Origin: Octopus sinensis
Taxonomy: Eukaryota
Direction of reading: 5' to 3'
Assembly: GCF_006345805.1 (NCBI RefSeq)
Contig: NC_043000.1
Coordinates: forward strand, 155,434,001-155,498,000
DNA: 64,000 bases
Shown here: piece by piece, positions 40,850 to 52,299 of the stretch
How the letters are laid out: every line of letters starts with the position of its first letter
How positions within the stretch are numbered: position 1 is the first letter of the stretch
Made by a program: the position numbers and the translations under genes
The notes under the pieces: generated by a model
The model's input: the letters and a program-made list of their open reading frames with translations, nothing else
What the model was told of the DNA's origin: nothing
The model's database searches: none

Positions 40850-41200
40850 GGAACAATAGCAAGAAAAAAATGATACATTAAACCGTAGGAATTTTTAATA
40901 ACCCTAGACATAACGGAGATCTTTTCTAAGTCTCTTGCATTTGGTATCGTTGGCCATGAAGGTTTACTGAACAGGAAATTCAAGTGCGATATCTCAGTCG
41001 CTTATGAAAAATGACGAGGCGTTTGATTTGGAATGACTATGTGATTGCATTTGATAAAAGTAGATTGCCAAAGCAGTTGATGAATGGGTGAAATTTTCAG
41101 TAGTGGAAAAACTACGTCAGAAGCTGAAGTTACAATTGAATGACTGATTGAACAAGTCTATGCAGTATAAGATTTGGAAACCGGTAATCTTTTGCTTGAT
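40850..41200 (+). mobile_element. Degraded RTE LINE C-terminal fragment
   Basis: LIWNDYVIAFDKSRLPKQLMNG at about 41025-41090 (cf. LRW.GHV.RM...RLPK.L.YG). Confidence 0.5.
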
Positions 41201-41556
41201 GTTGGGCATCTACGTGTATACTTATTAAAAATGCCAAAAGGACAAACAGCGTCATGTGAAAGAGTCTGTTTATTCAGTCAAGCAAAATTCCAGTTTTCAT
41301 TCAACTTAAATCAAAAGTTTACAAATCTTTTGATGACCTTCGTTCCTGTGTTAGGTATAAACTGAAGAGAAAGTCCTTATTAAGCTTACACATCTTAGGT
41401 AGACTACATCAAAGCAATATATTCAGTTCTTCAACCACGCAAAGAATGAGTAACTAGGGGGTACAAATTTTGTACTATTTGTGATATTGCATTTACTACT
41501 GATGGCTCAATTTCAAATATTTAAAGAATTGCATTTTAAAATTTGAACACATGCGT

Positions 41557-41967
41557 ACTCTTTACTCTTACTCTTTTACTCTTTTACTTGTTTCAGTCAT
41601 TTGACTGCGGCCATGCTGGAGCACCGCCTTTAGTCGAGCAAATCGACCCCGGGACTTATTCTTTGTAAGCCCAGTACTTATTCTATCGGTCTCTTTTGCC
41701 GAACCGCTAAGTGACGGGGACGTAAACATACCAGCATCGGTTGTCAAGCAATGCTAGGGGGACAAACACAGACACACAAACGCATACACACACATACATA
41801 TATTCGACAGGCTTCTTTCAGTTTCCGTCTACCAAATCCACTCACAAGGCATTGGTCGGCCCGGGGCTATAGCAGAAGACACTTGCCCAAAATTCCACGC
41901 AGTGGGACTGAACCCGGAACCATGTGGTTGGTAAGCAAGCTACTTACCACACAGCCACTCCTGCGCC
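41557..41967 (-). mobile_element. SINE-A
   Basis: Full-length match to the other copies. Confidence 0.92.
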
Positions 41968-42118
41968 TATACGTGCATACAAATTTAGGAAGCTGTTTCA
42001 GACATATGCATACATATGCACACTTTTGTAAAATTATAAACTCGTACTCACACTAAGGGATTAAGACATTGATCGTACGAATGTACTATTTTATTGAAGT
42101 CGAAAAATACTTCAAACA

Positions 42119-42156
42119 GTGTTACTCAGAGTTTCATATAACCGCTCATCAGACAG
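42119..42156 (-). ncRNA. Degenerate type-I hammerhead-like motif
   Basis: ctgt-CTGATGA-gcggttatat-GAAA-CTC(t)GAG-TA-acac; stem II is broken. Confidence 0.4.
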
Positions 42157-42292
42157 TCGTCATAACACAGACTAACAGCGAGTATATATAAGCGTTTATG
42201 AGTACCAGGTCAACGAATAAGCTTTTCGAACTGATTGGGTTGAAAGACAGAGAGATAATGAATTTTAATTGACAAAACCGTTACAACTATCA

Positions 42293-42451
42293 TCAGGAGT
42301 GGCTGTGTGGTAAGTAGCTTGTTTACCAACCACATGGTTCCAGGTTCAGTCCCACTGCGTGGTACCTTGGGCAAGTGTCTTCTACTATAGTCTCGAGCCG
42401 ACCAAAGCCTTGTGAGTGGATTTGGTAGGCGGAAACTGAAAGAATCCTGTC

Positions 42452-42505
<54 letters not shown>

Positions 42506-42720
42506 TTGTGTGTTTTTGTTTGTCCCCCTAGCATTGCTTGACAACCGATGCTGGTGTGTTTATGTCCCCGTTACTTAGCGGATCGGCAAAAGCGATCGAT
42601 AGAATAAGTACTGGGCTTACAAAAGGATAAGTCCCGGGGTCGAGTTGCTCGACTAAAGGCGGTGCTCCAGCATGGACCGCAGTCAACTGACTGAAACAAG
42701 TAAAAAGAGTAAAATGAGAG
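42293..42720 (+). mobile_element. SINE-A
   Basis: Near full-length match. Confidence 0.9.
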
Positions 42721-43885
42721 TATATATATATATAGATATATCTGCGTGAGTGCCTGCAGATGCGTGTGTATGCACGTGTGTATGTTTGGTGTGTATGTTT
42801 AGTGGTTGAGATTAAATATGTATATGTGAAATGGCTGTAATATATACTGAAATTGCTTCCAAAATTCGTAAGATACATTGAAAAAACAAACTAGTTTTAA
42901 AAAGCACTTCAATATTCGTCACTTCTTACCGCTGAATAAACAAAGCAGCATGTATTTGAGAATGTGGAAATATAAGCTAATTAGTTGTTGTTCTTGGTTT
43001 TGTTTTGCCCAGGTCAAATCTCATCGATCATAGCTATAACCACAAGAGTTTCAGTAATGTCAATCTCTGCGCTTTGTATATCGCGGATTATATCTCCATA
43101 ACTATTTATACTTTATTCAATATCTTTGTCATGGATCCAATCTCTTGTAGTTATCGATATATATATATATTGCTTTACGTTCCTCTTCTTTGAAACTCTT
43201 CTAATATAGGCATTGATCAGCAACGGATGGATATACTGAGAATACTGTGTGGTTTAGCTAATCTAACGCATGTTTTTATTTTTCTAATCTTGCGTATTTG
43301 TTTACACACGTTGCATATCTTGAACAGGGATTTCTTTTACTACTGTCTTACATATAAAACACACATACATACTTGCAGGTGGAGACGTACATACGTCTAC
43401 ACAGGTACATTATGTGTGTGTGTGCATGGGTGTGTATGTGTGTGTGTATGTGTGTGTGTATGTGTGCGTGTGTATGCGGTAATTGTGAGCTTGAGCATAT
43501 ATTTATATAAGGATATTCGTAAGGAATATAAATATAAATTCATGTTTGATTACTCCGTGCCATGTTTTCTCTGGAAAGGATAACGCCAAAACTATTTGAC
43601 AGTGAGGCAAAATATGTATTCATGTATGGAACTAATTAGTTCACGTGTTGTATGATGTTTTCTGGAATACCTTCTGTAAAGTCTTTTATTAAGGTAACAG
43701 ATCCTGCCTTAGCTCTTTCTCCGGTGAAAAGAAATAGTTTTGTCAAATCTAAAATCTAAGCCACACAAGAATTTTGGACTTGGTCGGCTGAGACTACTTT
43801 ACTTGTAGAAGCTGCAGCCATTGCTAATATTTAGATGACAGCTGTGAAATCATATACATACATACATACATACATAAATACATAC

Positions 43886-44043
43886 GTGGTAAGTAGCTTG
43901 CTAACCAGCCACATGGTTGCGGGTTCAGTCCCACTGCGTGGCATCTTGGGCAAGTGTCTTCTGCTATAGCCCCGGGCCGACCAATGCCTTGTGAGTGGAT
44001 TTGGTTGAAGGAAACTGAAAGAAGCCTGTCGTATATATGTATG

Positions 44044-44105
<62 letters not shown>

Positions 44106-44312
44106 TGTGTTTGTCTTTGTCCCCCTAGCATTGCTTGACAACCGATGCTGGTGTGTTAACGTCCCCGTCACTTAGCGGTTCGACAAAAGAAACCGATAGA
44201 ATAAGTACTGGGCTTACAAAGAATAAGTCGATTTGATCGACTAAAGGCGGTGCTCCAGCATGGCCGCAGTCAAATGACTGAAACAAGTAAAAGAGTAAAA
44301 AAGAGTAAGAGT
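43886..44312 (+). mobile_element. SINE-A, slightly 5'-truncated, inside (TACA)n
   Basis: Matches the family; (TACA)n lies on both flanks. Confidence 0.9.
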
Positions 44313-44364
44313 ATACATACATACATACATACATACATACATACATACATACATACATACATAC

Positions 44365-46235
44365 AACAATTGTTACATGCTAGCATCTTCAACTGCTAGA
44401 ATATCAATGTAACTCATAATTTCTTTGTAGACAACCTCAAGATTTATGCTAAAATTGCAAACAATGCCAAACAACGACTGGAATTAATAACATTTTCAGC
44501 TGATTTAGGCATTGAATTTGGCCGAAAGGAATGTTCATATTTGGTTATAGAACGAAGAAAGTCAGTCCCCAAACCCCAAATCTAGGCATCAACAATTTCT
44601 CTCTCTTCCCCATTCAACACAAATATGTTACAAGGACCTAGGTATAGAATGTATCATAGGCATAAAATGTATCATATGAAGGCACTGTGAAAGAAGATCG
44701 AGAGACCCGAGAATATTACACCAGTCTCAGGAAAATGTGACAATCGGAACTCTCCTCTTACAACAATAATAATAATAATAATGTTCGTCCTTCGGGTTCG
44801 AAGATGACCATTGACATCATTTAGTGGAATTGCTGCTATGAGACTGGAGGTGGCTGGTGTGGCCAATCCGGGCAAGAAAGCCCCTCCCACAACAATACAA
44901 TATCCGACAATGCATTTGCAGTACCAGTGCTGATGCCAACATTTGAGATACCTGATTGGTCTGTAGAGGAAATCAACTCCATAGATATCAAAATCCGCAA
45001 AATCCTGATAACAATCGGATTTTTCATCATGGCCTTCAAAATGATGAGGATTTCTTTTTATGGGAAATAATTTTTCGAAAATGAAAGTGATAGAGGCCTA
45101 AGATCAGTGTAGACGACCTTCGAATGCCGTATGGTATCACTCAGGCAGCACCTGCTGAACAACAGTAGCAAACATAAATATATAAATGAAGTGCGGAAAA
45201 GTGAAGGGAGCAATATTGGACGAGTTGGCAGTGAGCTCCTCAAGAAACACTGTCTTCCTAATGATCTCCTACACAGCCCCAAAACAGCTGGGATCCCTTA
45301 CCTCAGGGAAGATCTGGATGGAAAGAACTTAGCATACATAAAAGACTATGCGTGGGTATGTTGACCGGAAACTTGAAGAAGACAGTAGAATTGACAGGAA
45401 GCGCAGCCTCTCTTGGACACAAGACTACTACATCACATCACACTTTGAAGGCTATGCGTTTGCAATCCAGGAACAGGAGACTGCCACAAAGTACCTGGTG
45501 AACAAGAGAGACTGTGACACTCTTGTAATCCCAAGGTGAAACCGCATGTGTAGGGTATGTCATGCTTCTGTGGAAGACATAAAGCATGTGATTAGCAGCT
45601 GTCTTAAAATGACGTCACGGTACTACCTCCCTATGCAGCATGATGTTGTTGCTAAAATAATTTACAATGACAACCGCCAAAAAGACTGTCCTGAAATAAA
45701 ATTAGAAAATCCCTCTGTTATGGAATACATTCGTAAACACCAACTCAAGGAATATTGGTGGAATATTCCCATTAAAACATCTGTCAAATGTAAACATAAC
45801 AGGCCGGATATTGTCGTTTGGACAGAGGGGCAAAGGTATGTACCGTCATACATATCAGCTACCCTGCAGATATAAATCTCTCTTTGAAAAAAAAAAAAAA
45901 AAGAGGATATCTATGGACGACTGCTTCGAAACCTCCAGCTTCTATATCCAGACTATGAATTCATATTCATACCAATAATAATTGGTGCACTAGGTTTTGT
46001 AAGTAAATGCTTAAAGGAGATTCTGGATAAACTGGGATTTTCAGAAAGAGAAACTGACCGGCTGATTCGTACATTACAAGTGCAATCTGTGAGTGGAACA
46101 GTAAAAATATGCAAGACTTTTCTCGAGCTCCAAATGTGAATTTATCTGTGTTAACTATATCCCAATGATGGAGCTTTGTATCTTTGTTGAAAACAGGCTC
46201 TCTCCTCAGTGGAAGATTTATAATTATTAAAAAAT
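44365..46235 (+). mobile_element. R4/Dong-type (RLE) non-LTR retrotransposon pseudogene, 5'-truncated
   Basis: RT motif THNFFVDNLKIYA, then FAIQEQE, the CCHC knuckle CRVCHASVEDIKHVISSC, QHDVVA, the RLE motif HNRPDIVVW and IPIIIGALG. Confidence 0.88.
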
Positions 46236-46303
46236 AGAAGAGACGTATATAAATATATACATATTTATATACATACATACATATGTTTGTGTATGTATAT
46301 ATA

Positions 46304-46611
46304 TCACGTGATCACGTGACCGTTCAGACCATCAGATGTTGCTACACATCGCTGGTCACTATGCGCTTCGCATTGTTTTAGCCTTCGATAAACGCCACCC
46401 CGCTGGCTAAGCGAGCAGGCCTCACAGAAGAAAGAGTAAGAGAAAGTTGTGGTGAAAGAGTACAGCAGGGATCACCACCCCCTGCCGGAGCCTCGTGGAC
46501 CTTTTAGGTGTTTTCGCTCAATAAACACTCACAATGCCCGGTCTGGGAATCGAAACCGCGATCCTACGACCGCGAGTCCGCTACCCTAACCACTGGGCCA
46601 TTGCGCCTCCA
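46304..46611 (-). mobile_element. SINE-C, tail type 2
   Basis: Same head and body as 16962 and 59747; distinct tail ending (CACGTGAT)2. Confidence 0.9.
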
Positions 46612-46651
46612 CATGTTATTATATATATATATATACATACATATATATATT

Positions 46652-46692
<41 letters not shown>

Positions 46693-46699
<7 letters not shown>

Positions 46700-47870
46700 C
46701 AACAATTGAGGGCAAGATTAATTATTATTAATCAATTTCACCAAGTGTTCAGTATGCAAAGGGACCATTCAAGGCGAATTCAAATTATTACATTATATAA
46801 AAGGGCTTAGTAAAATAAATTACTTTGCCGCATACTGAACTCATTAGAAATAACAGCTAAAAAACTTTTTTAAAGCTATTTCTAATACTTAAAAAAATCT
46901 CTCTCATATATAGTGTTTGCTTAATTCAACTCACAAAAGTTTGGGGGTAAGGACATCGAAAAATCAAATGCTAAGGTTATTTGAGAACGTACGTTTCAAG
47001 ATTAGTCAAAACAACATTTCTATCATCAGCTCAGAAATTCCTTGGTTTGGATTTGGAAACACTGAAAATAAGAACATACCCTTTCGAAGATCTGCTCGTA
47101 ACTAACAGTGCCAACAAATTCAAATAAGCAAGCGAAGAATCTCTGTTCTCCCCTTTCCACCAGCGTGGGTTAAAATCATCAAACACTATGCTTATTTCGG
47201 TAAAATCCGAAGCATTAATCAGAGGGAGATTAATTATAATTTCAACAATTGAGGGCAAGATTAATTAATTATTAATCAATTTCACCAAGTGTTCAGTATG
47301 CAAAGGGACCATTCAAGGCGAATTCAAATTATTACATTATATAAAAGGGCTTAGTAAAATAAATTACTTTGCCGCATACTGAACTCATTAGAAATAACAG
47401 CTAAAAAACTTTTTTAAAGCTATTTCTAATACTTAAAGAAAATCTCTCTCATTATAGTGTTTGCTTAATTCAACTCACAAAAGTTTGGGGGTAAGGACAT
47501 CGAAAAATCAAATGCTAAGGTTATTTGAGAACGTACGTTTCAAGATTAGTCAAAACAACATTTCTATCATCAGCTCAGAAATTCCTTGGTTTGGATTTGG
47601 AAACACTGAAAATAAGAACATACCCTTTCGAAGATCTGCTCGTAACTAACAGTGCCAACAAATTCAAATAAGCAAGCGAAGAATCTCTGTTCTCCCCTTT
47701 CCACCAGCGTGGGTTAAAATCATCAAACACTATGCTTATTTCGGTAAAATCCGAAGCATTAATCAGAATTATTTGAATTTGTTGGCACTGTTAGTTACGA
47801 GCAGATCTTCGAAAGGGTATGTTCTTATTTTCAGTGTTTCCAAATCCAAACCAAGGAATTTCTGAGCTGA
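46693..47870. repeat. Two tandem 544-bp units plus a 102-bp inverted partial copy; unclassified repeat
   Basis: Units start at 46693 and 47236. 47769-47870 is the reverse complement of 47570-47671. Confidence 0.9.
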
Positions 47871-47914
47871 GTATTTTTATCATACTGATAAAAATACCGA
47901 TAACAATGATAATA

Positions 47915-48080
47915 TTGGTTTCAAATTTTTGCATAAGGACGGCAAATTTGGGGAAGGAACTAAGTCGATTACTTCGATCCAGTGCTCAACAGGTACTTAT
48001 TTTATCGCTCTTAAGGGGATGAAAGGCAAATTCGACCTCGGTGGAATTGGAACTTAGAACGTAAAGACAGTCGAAATGCA
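47915..48080 (-). mobile_element. SINE-B fragment, alternative tail
   Basis: Core GATGAAAGGCAAATTCGACCTCGG is present. Confidence 0.8.
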
Positions 48081-48318
48081 CATTAATAATAGAAGCAATA
48101 CCGTGCTTTCTCTAAAAATAAATTTCGAATTTCTAACTGTTAGAAAAACAACTGCGTAAAGCCTCCCATATTCTAATACACACTACTAATACACTAACAT
48201 ACAACAACAAAATGTATAAAATTAGCGATAGGAAAACTTCAACGTATCCGAAATCCTCTGAATTCTTACCCAAAAGTTTACACACAAGTGACTATAGAAT
48301 AGTCATTGATTGCCCGCT

Positions 48319-48359
<41 letters not shown>

Positions 48360-48661
48360 ACACACACATGTATATATATATGGACAGCTGATGAAGGGGA
48401 ATTTTCCTTGTGTTGTTTCTCTTGTACTCTGTTTTTTCGTTGTTAAAAAAAGGTCCGCTTCCATGTTTGTTTTTACGTTTTCGTTTCTCGTTGAGTTCTA
48501 CGTCTATTTGTGGTGTCCTGTACTCACGTATATATATTCATATATGCATGTATATATACATGTAGATGTAGGTACGTACATATATGTATGTATGCATATA
48601 TTTTATTTATTACACTATTGTATGACTGAGCGCCCTCGCGTCGTTTCGTTTCCTCCAAGTA

Positions 48662-48700
<39 letters not shown>

Positions 48701-49170
48701 CGTGTGTAATATACATACCTGAAACGAGAGAACGAAGCGTTGATTATATCCGCTCAAGAACGAGCCACTTTAACGAATCTGAAAAGTAAAGGTCGACTAA
48801 ATTCAGGCAGACAGCAAACGCAGGATCTGCACGGATCGCTTGAGTGAATGTAGTAAGCTAGGAGAAAAGGGTATGAGTACATACATGTCTGTGTAGGTAA
48901 AGGCGTGCATTGGGGTGTTAGCCAAGTTTGTGACTTCGAAGTAACAGGAAAGTGGTACGGGCACAAAGAAAAAGACAGAGAAAAATATTTTATGGGACTT
49001 TTCCATAAAGACTGGCCATACTAGTGAAGCAAGAAGACCGGATCCAATTACAAGTTTTTCATGTGCAAGGATATAGACTAGCAATTTATTTTATGCACCC
49101 GAGATGAAAAGCAAAGTTGACTTCTCTGGGATTTGAACTTAGAACAAATGCCGGAAAGCTTTTCATCCGT

Positions 49171-49566
49171 CTCTTTTACTCTTTTACTTGTTTCAGTCAT
49201 TTGACTGCGGCCATGCTGGAGCACCGCCTTTAGTCGGGCCCGGGACTTATTCTTTGTAAGCCCAGTACTTATTCAATCGGTCTCTTTTGCCGAACCGCTA
49301 AGTAACGGGGACGTAAACACACCAACATCGGTTGTCAAGCAATGCTAGGGGGACAAACACAGACACACAAACACACACACACAAATATATATATACATAT
49401 ATACGACAGGCTTCTTTCAGTTTCCGTCTACCAAATCCACTCACAAGGCATTGGTCGGCCCGGGACTATAGCAGAAGACACTTGCCCAAGATGCCACGCA
49501 GTGGGACTGAACCCGAAAACATGTGGTTGGTTAGCAAGCTACTTACCACACAACCACCCCTGCGCA
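49171..49566 (-). mobile_element. SINE-A
   Basis: Full-length, with a small internal deletion. Confidence 0.9.
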
Positions 49567-50517
49567 CCTATTCTACTCATAGACTGTCCTAATAATAAAT
49601 AATACTGCAAGTCTAACATTAGAGGCAATGAACTGTTTAAGTAAATAAATATCTTTATTCCACAGACAAAGAAGAATAACGGCTCCAACAGAAAGGAAAG
49701 AATGGACGTTGAGAAGAGAGTAGAAAACTACTGGCGGGGGGGGGGGGGAGTGAATGAATATAAGAATTCAGCAGTTGACAGGAGTCTGCATCAGTGAGTG
49801 GACGAGAACAATAGAAAGGACTGGACAGGAATTTCATAGAAAGTAAGTGGTTTCCGAGGGGGACTGGTACATAAAAGTTTTAAAGATAGAAAAATAGAAA
49901 CAAAAAGATTGAAAATAATCAATTATCAGCGGGCAACGCTCTATAATAGAGTTAAGAATTTAAATTATAAATTTATAGGTGGTAGAAGTTGTATAAAATT
50001 GATTTTATTTATTGTACAAGCTAAAGCTATGGTTGAACTTTGGCGAAAGTTCCAAAGGCCAGCGGGTGGTGACGTTCAAATTTAGCAGACGGTGCAATGT
50101 AGGTCAGAAAAACACTGGAAGAGCAGATGCTTCTTTCTTCTGGAAAAAAAAATAGATTGAAGGAAGTATAAAGAATTCATAATTTAGTGAATGTGATTTG
50201 ATAAAATAAATTGTTGAAACTGTTGAATAAATAAAACGTGAAATAATAGAAAAATCAATAGTAGCTACGGGTTAGAAATTTGTTAACTTAAGGTAAGTGG
50301 AGTGAATGCAGGAATTATAAAAATAAATATGACAGAAAGTGGATAATAATGATGATTCTCATAATAAATTTAAGTGTTAGAAATACAGAGCTACGATAAA
50401 AATACCGCAACAAGAAGTTAATCAAGGGTAGAAGAAGTGACTATGATGAAGAGGAAGATGATGATGATGATAATAATAATAACAATAATAATAATAATGA
50501 TAATAATAATGACAATG

Positions 50518-50559
<42 letters not shown>

Positions 50560-50562
<3 letters not shown>

Positions 50563-51432
50563 GTTTCCAATTCTGGCACAAAGACGGTAATTTTAGGGAG
50601 AGAGGTTGGTCGGTTACATCGGCTTCAATACGTGTTTGGTACTTTATTTTGTTGACACTGAAAGAATGAAATACAAAGTTAACCTCGGCTGAACTTGAAC
50701 TTAAAACATAAAGTGTAGGAACAAATAAGGCAAGGCTGTTTTTTTACGGGACACTGTAACGATTATGCCAGCTCGCCACTTTAGTAATAATGATTTCAAA
50801 TTTTGGCAAAGGTCAGCAGTAATAGGAACGGGTATAAGTCGATTACATCGTTCGCAGCGTTCAAATGGTACTTATTTTATCTATTTCTTTACTACCCACA
50901 AGGGGCTAAACACAGAGGGGACAAACAAGGACAGACAAAGGGATTAAGTTGATTACATCGACCCCAGTGCGTAACTGGTCCTTATTTTATCGCCCACGAA
51001 AGGATGAAAGGCAAAGTCGACCTCGGTGAAATTTGAACTCAGAACGTAACGGCAAACGAGATACGGTTACGAATTTCGTCCGGCGTGCTAACGTTTCTGC
51101 CAGCTCGCCTGGTACTTATTTTATCGCCCACGAAAGGATGAAAGGCAAAATTAACTTAGGCGGAATTTGAACACAGAACGTGCAGACAATCAAAATCTGG
51201 TGTGCTAACAATAATAATAATCCTTTCAACTAAAAGCAGAAGGCCTGAAATTTTAGGGGACGAGGTAATTCAATTACATTGACTCCAGTACTCAACTGGT
51301 ACTTAGTTTATCGACCCCGAAAGGATGAAAGGAAAATTCGACCTCGGTAGAATTTAAACTCAGTATGTAAAGGCAAACGAAATGCCACTAAGCATTTTAC
51401 CCGGCGTGCTAATGATTCTGCCACTTCGCCGC
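50560..51432 (-). mobile_element. Cluster of about four nested/tandem SINE-B copies with different tails
   Basis: The core recurs at about 50660, 51000, 51135 and 51320. The copy at 50880-51108 is nested in another, and (AAT)n spacers separate copies. Confidence 0.85.
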
Positions 51433-51449
51433 ATAATAATGATAATAAT

Positions 51450-52260
51450 CTAGGGGTATTCAGAGAGCTACAAATACCTAGGGGTATTTGAAGGTGAGAG
51501 AATCCAACGCTTTGCAAAAAATTACCAACAACGACAAGGCTTACTAGAAATTGTTAAACAATTCAGTGATGACATCAGGATGCAATTTGACCTCGAAAAA
51601 TATACAAAAGCGACCTTCATCAGAGGAAAAATGATAGAAATATCCAACGTTAATCTTAACCAACAGAATGTCATAAAGGAGTTAGAACCAGCAGAGGGCT
51701 AGGGATATTTGTAGATGATAAATCAAACGTTCACTGATGACGGAAAAAATCAGAAAAGAATATTATCTCGGCTGTGTGGTAAGTAGCTTGCTAACCAACC
51801 ACATGGTTCCGGTTTCAGTCCCACTGCGTGGCATCTTGGGCAAGTGTCTTCTGCTATAGCCCCGGGCCGACCAATGCCTTGTGAGTGGATTTGGTAGACG
51901 AAAACTGAAAGAAGCCTGTCGTATATATATGTGTGTGTGTGTGTTTGTGTGTCTGTGTTTGTCCCCCTAGCATTGCTTGACAACCGATGCTGGTGTGTTT
52001 ACGTCATCGTCACTTAGCGGTTCGGCAAAAAAGAAACCGATAGAATAAGTACTGGGCTCACAAAGAATAAGTCCCGGGGTCGAGTTGCTCGATTAAAAAG
52101 GCGGTGCTCCAGCATGGCCGCAGTCAAATGACTGAAACAAGTAAAAGAGAGTAAAAGAACGAGAGTAATTCAAAAAAGAGCTGAATGCACGAAACAGGAT
52201 CGAAGCGGTCAACACTTTAGCCATACTGGTCATGACTTGTGGCAATCTTCATTGTTAATT
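51450..52260 (+). mobile_element. R4/Dong-type RT fragment interrupted by SINE-A
   Basis: Reads YKYLGVFEG; VKQFSDDIRMQF; EKIRKEYY | SINE | ELNARNRIEAVNTLAI. Confidence 0.8.
51769..52158 (+). mobile_element. SINE-A
   Basis: Matches the family; no TSD visible. Confidence 0.9.
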
Positions 52261-52299
52261 CGAAAATTGTGGATGAGTAAAGATGCAGACTGACCACAA

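Noticed and set aside
46917-47649. Two identical 62-aa ORFs
   Set aside because: By-product of the 544-bp tandem unit; TTG start and no recognisable motif.
48387-48410. CTGATGAAGGGG hammerhead-like start (similar CTGACGAGG at about 22787)
   Set aside because: No closing stem II followed by GAAA, so it was not counted as a ribozyme motif.
49650-50400. Purine-rich stretch that might be an antisense L2/CR1 fossil
   Set aside because: Only a vague LWN motif, which is insufficient evidence.
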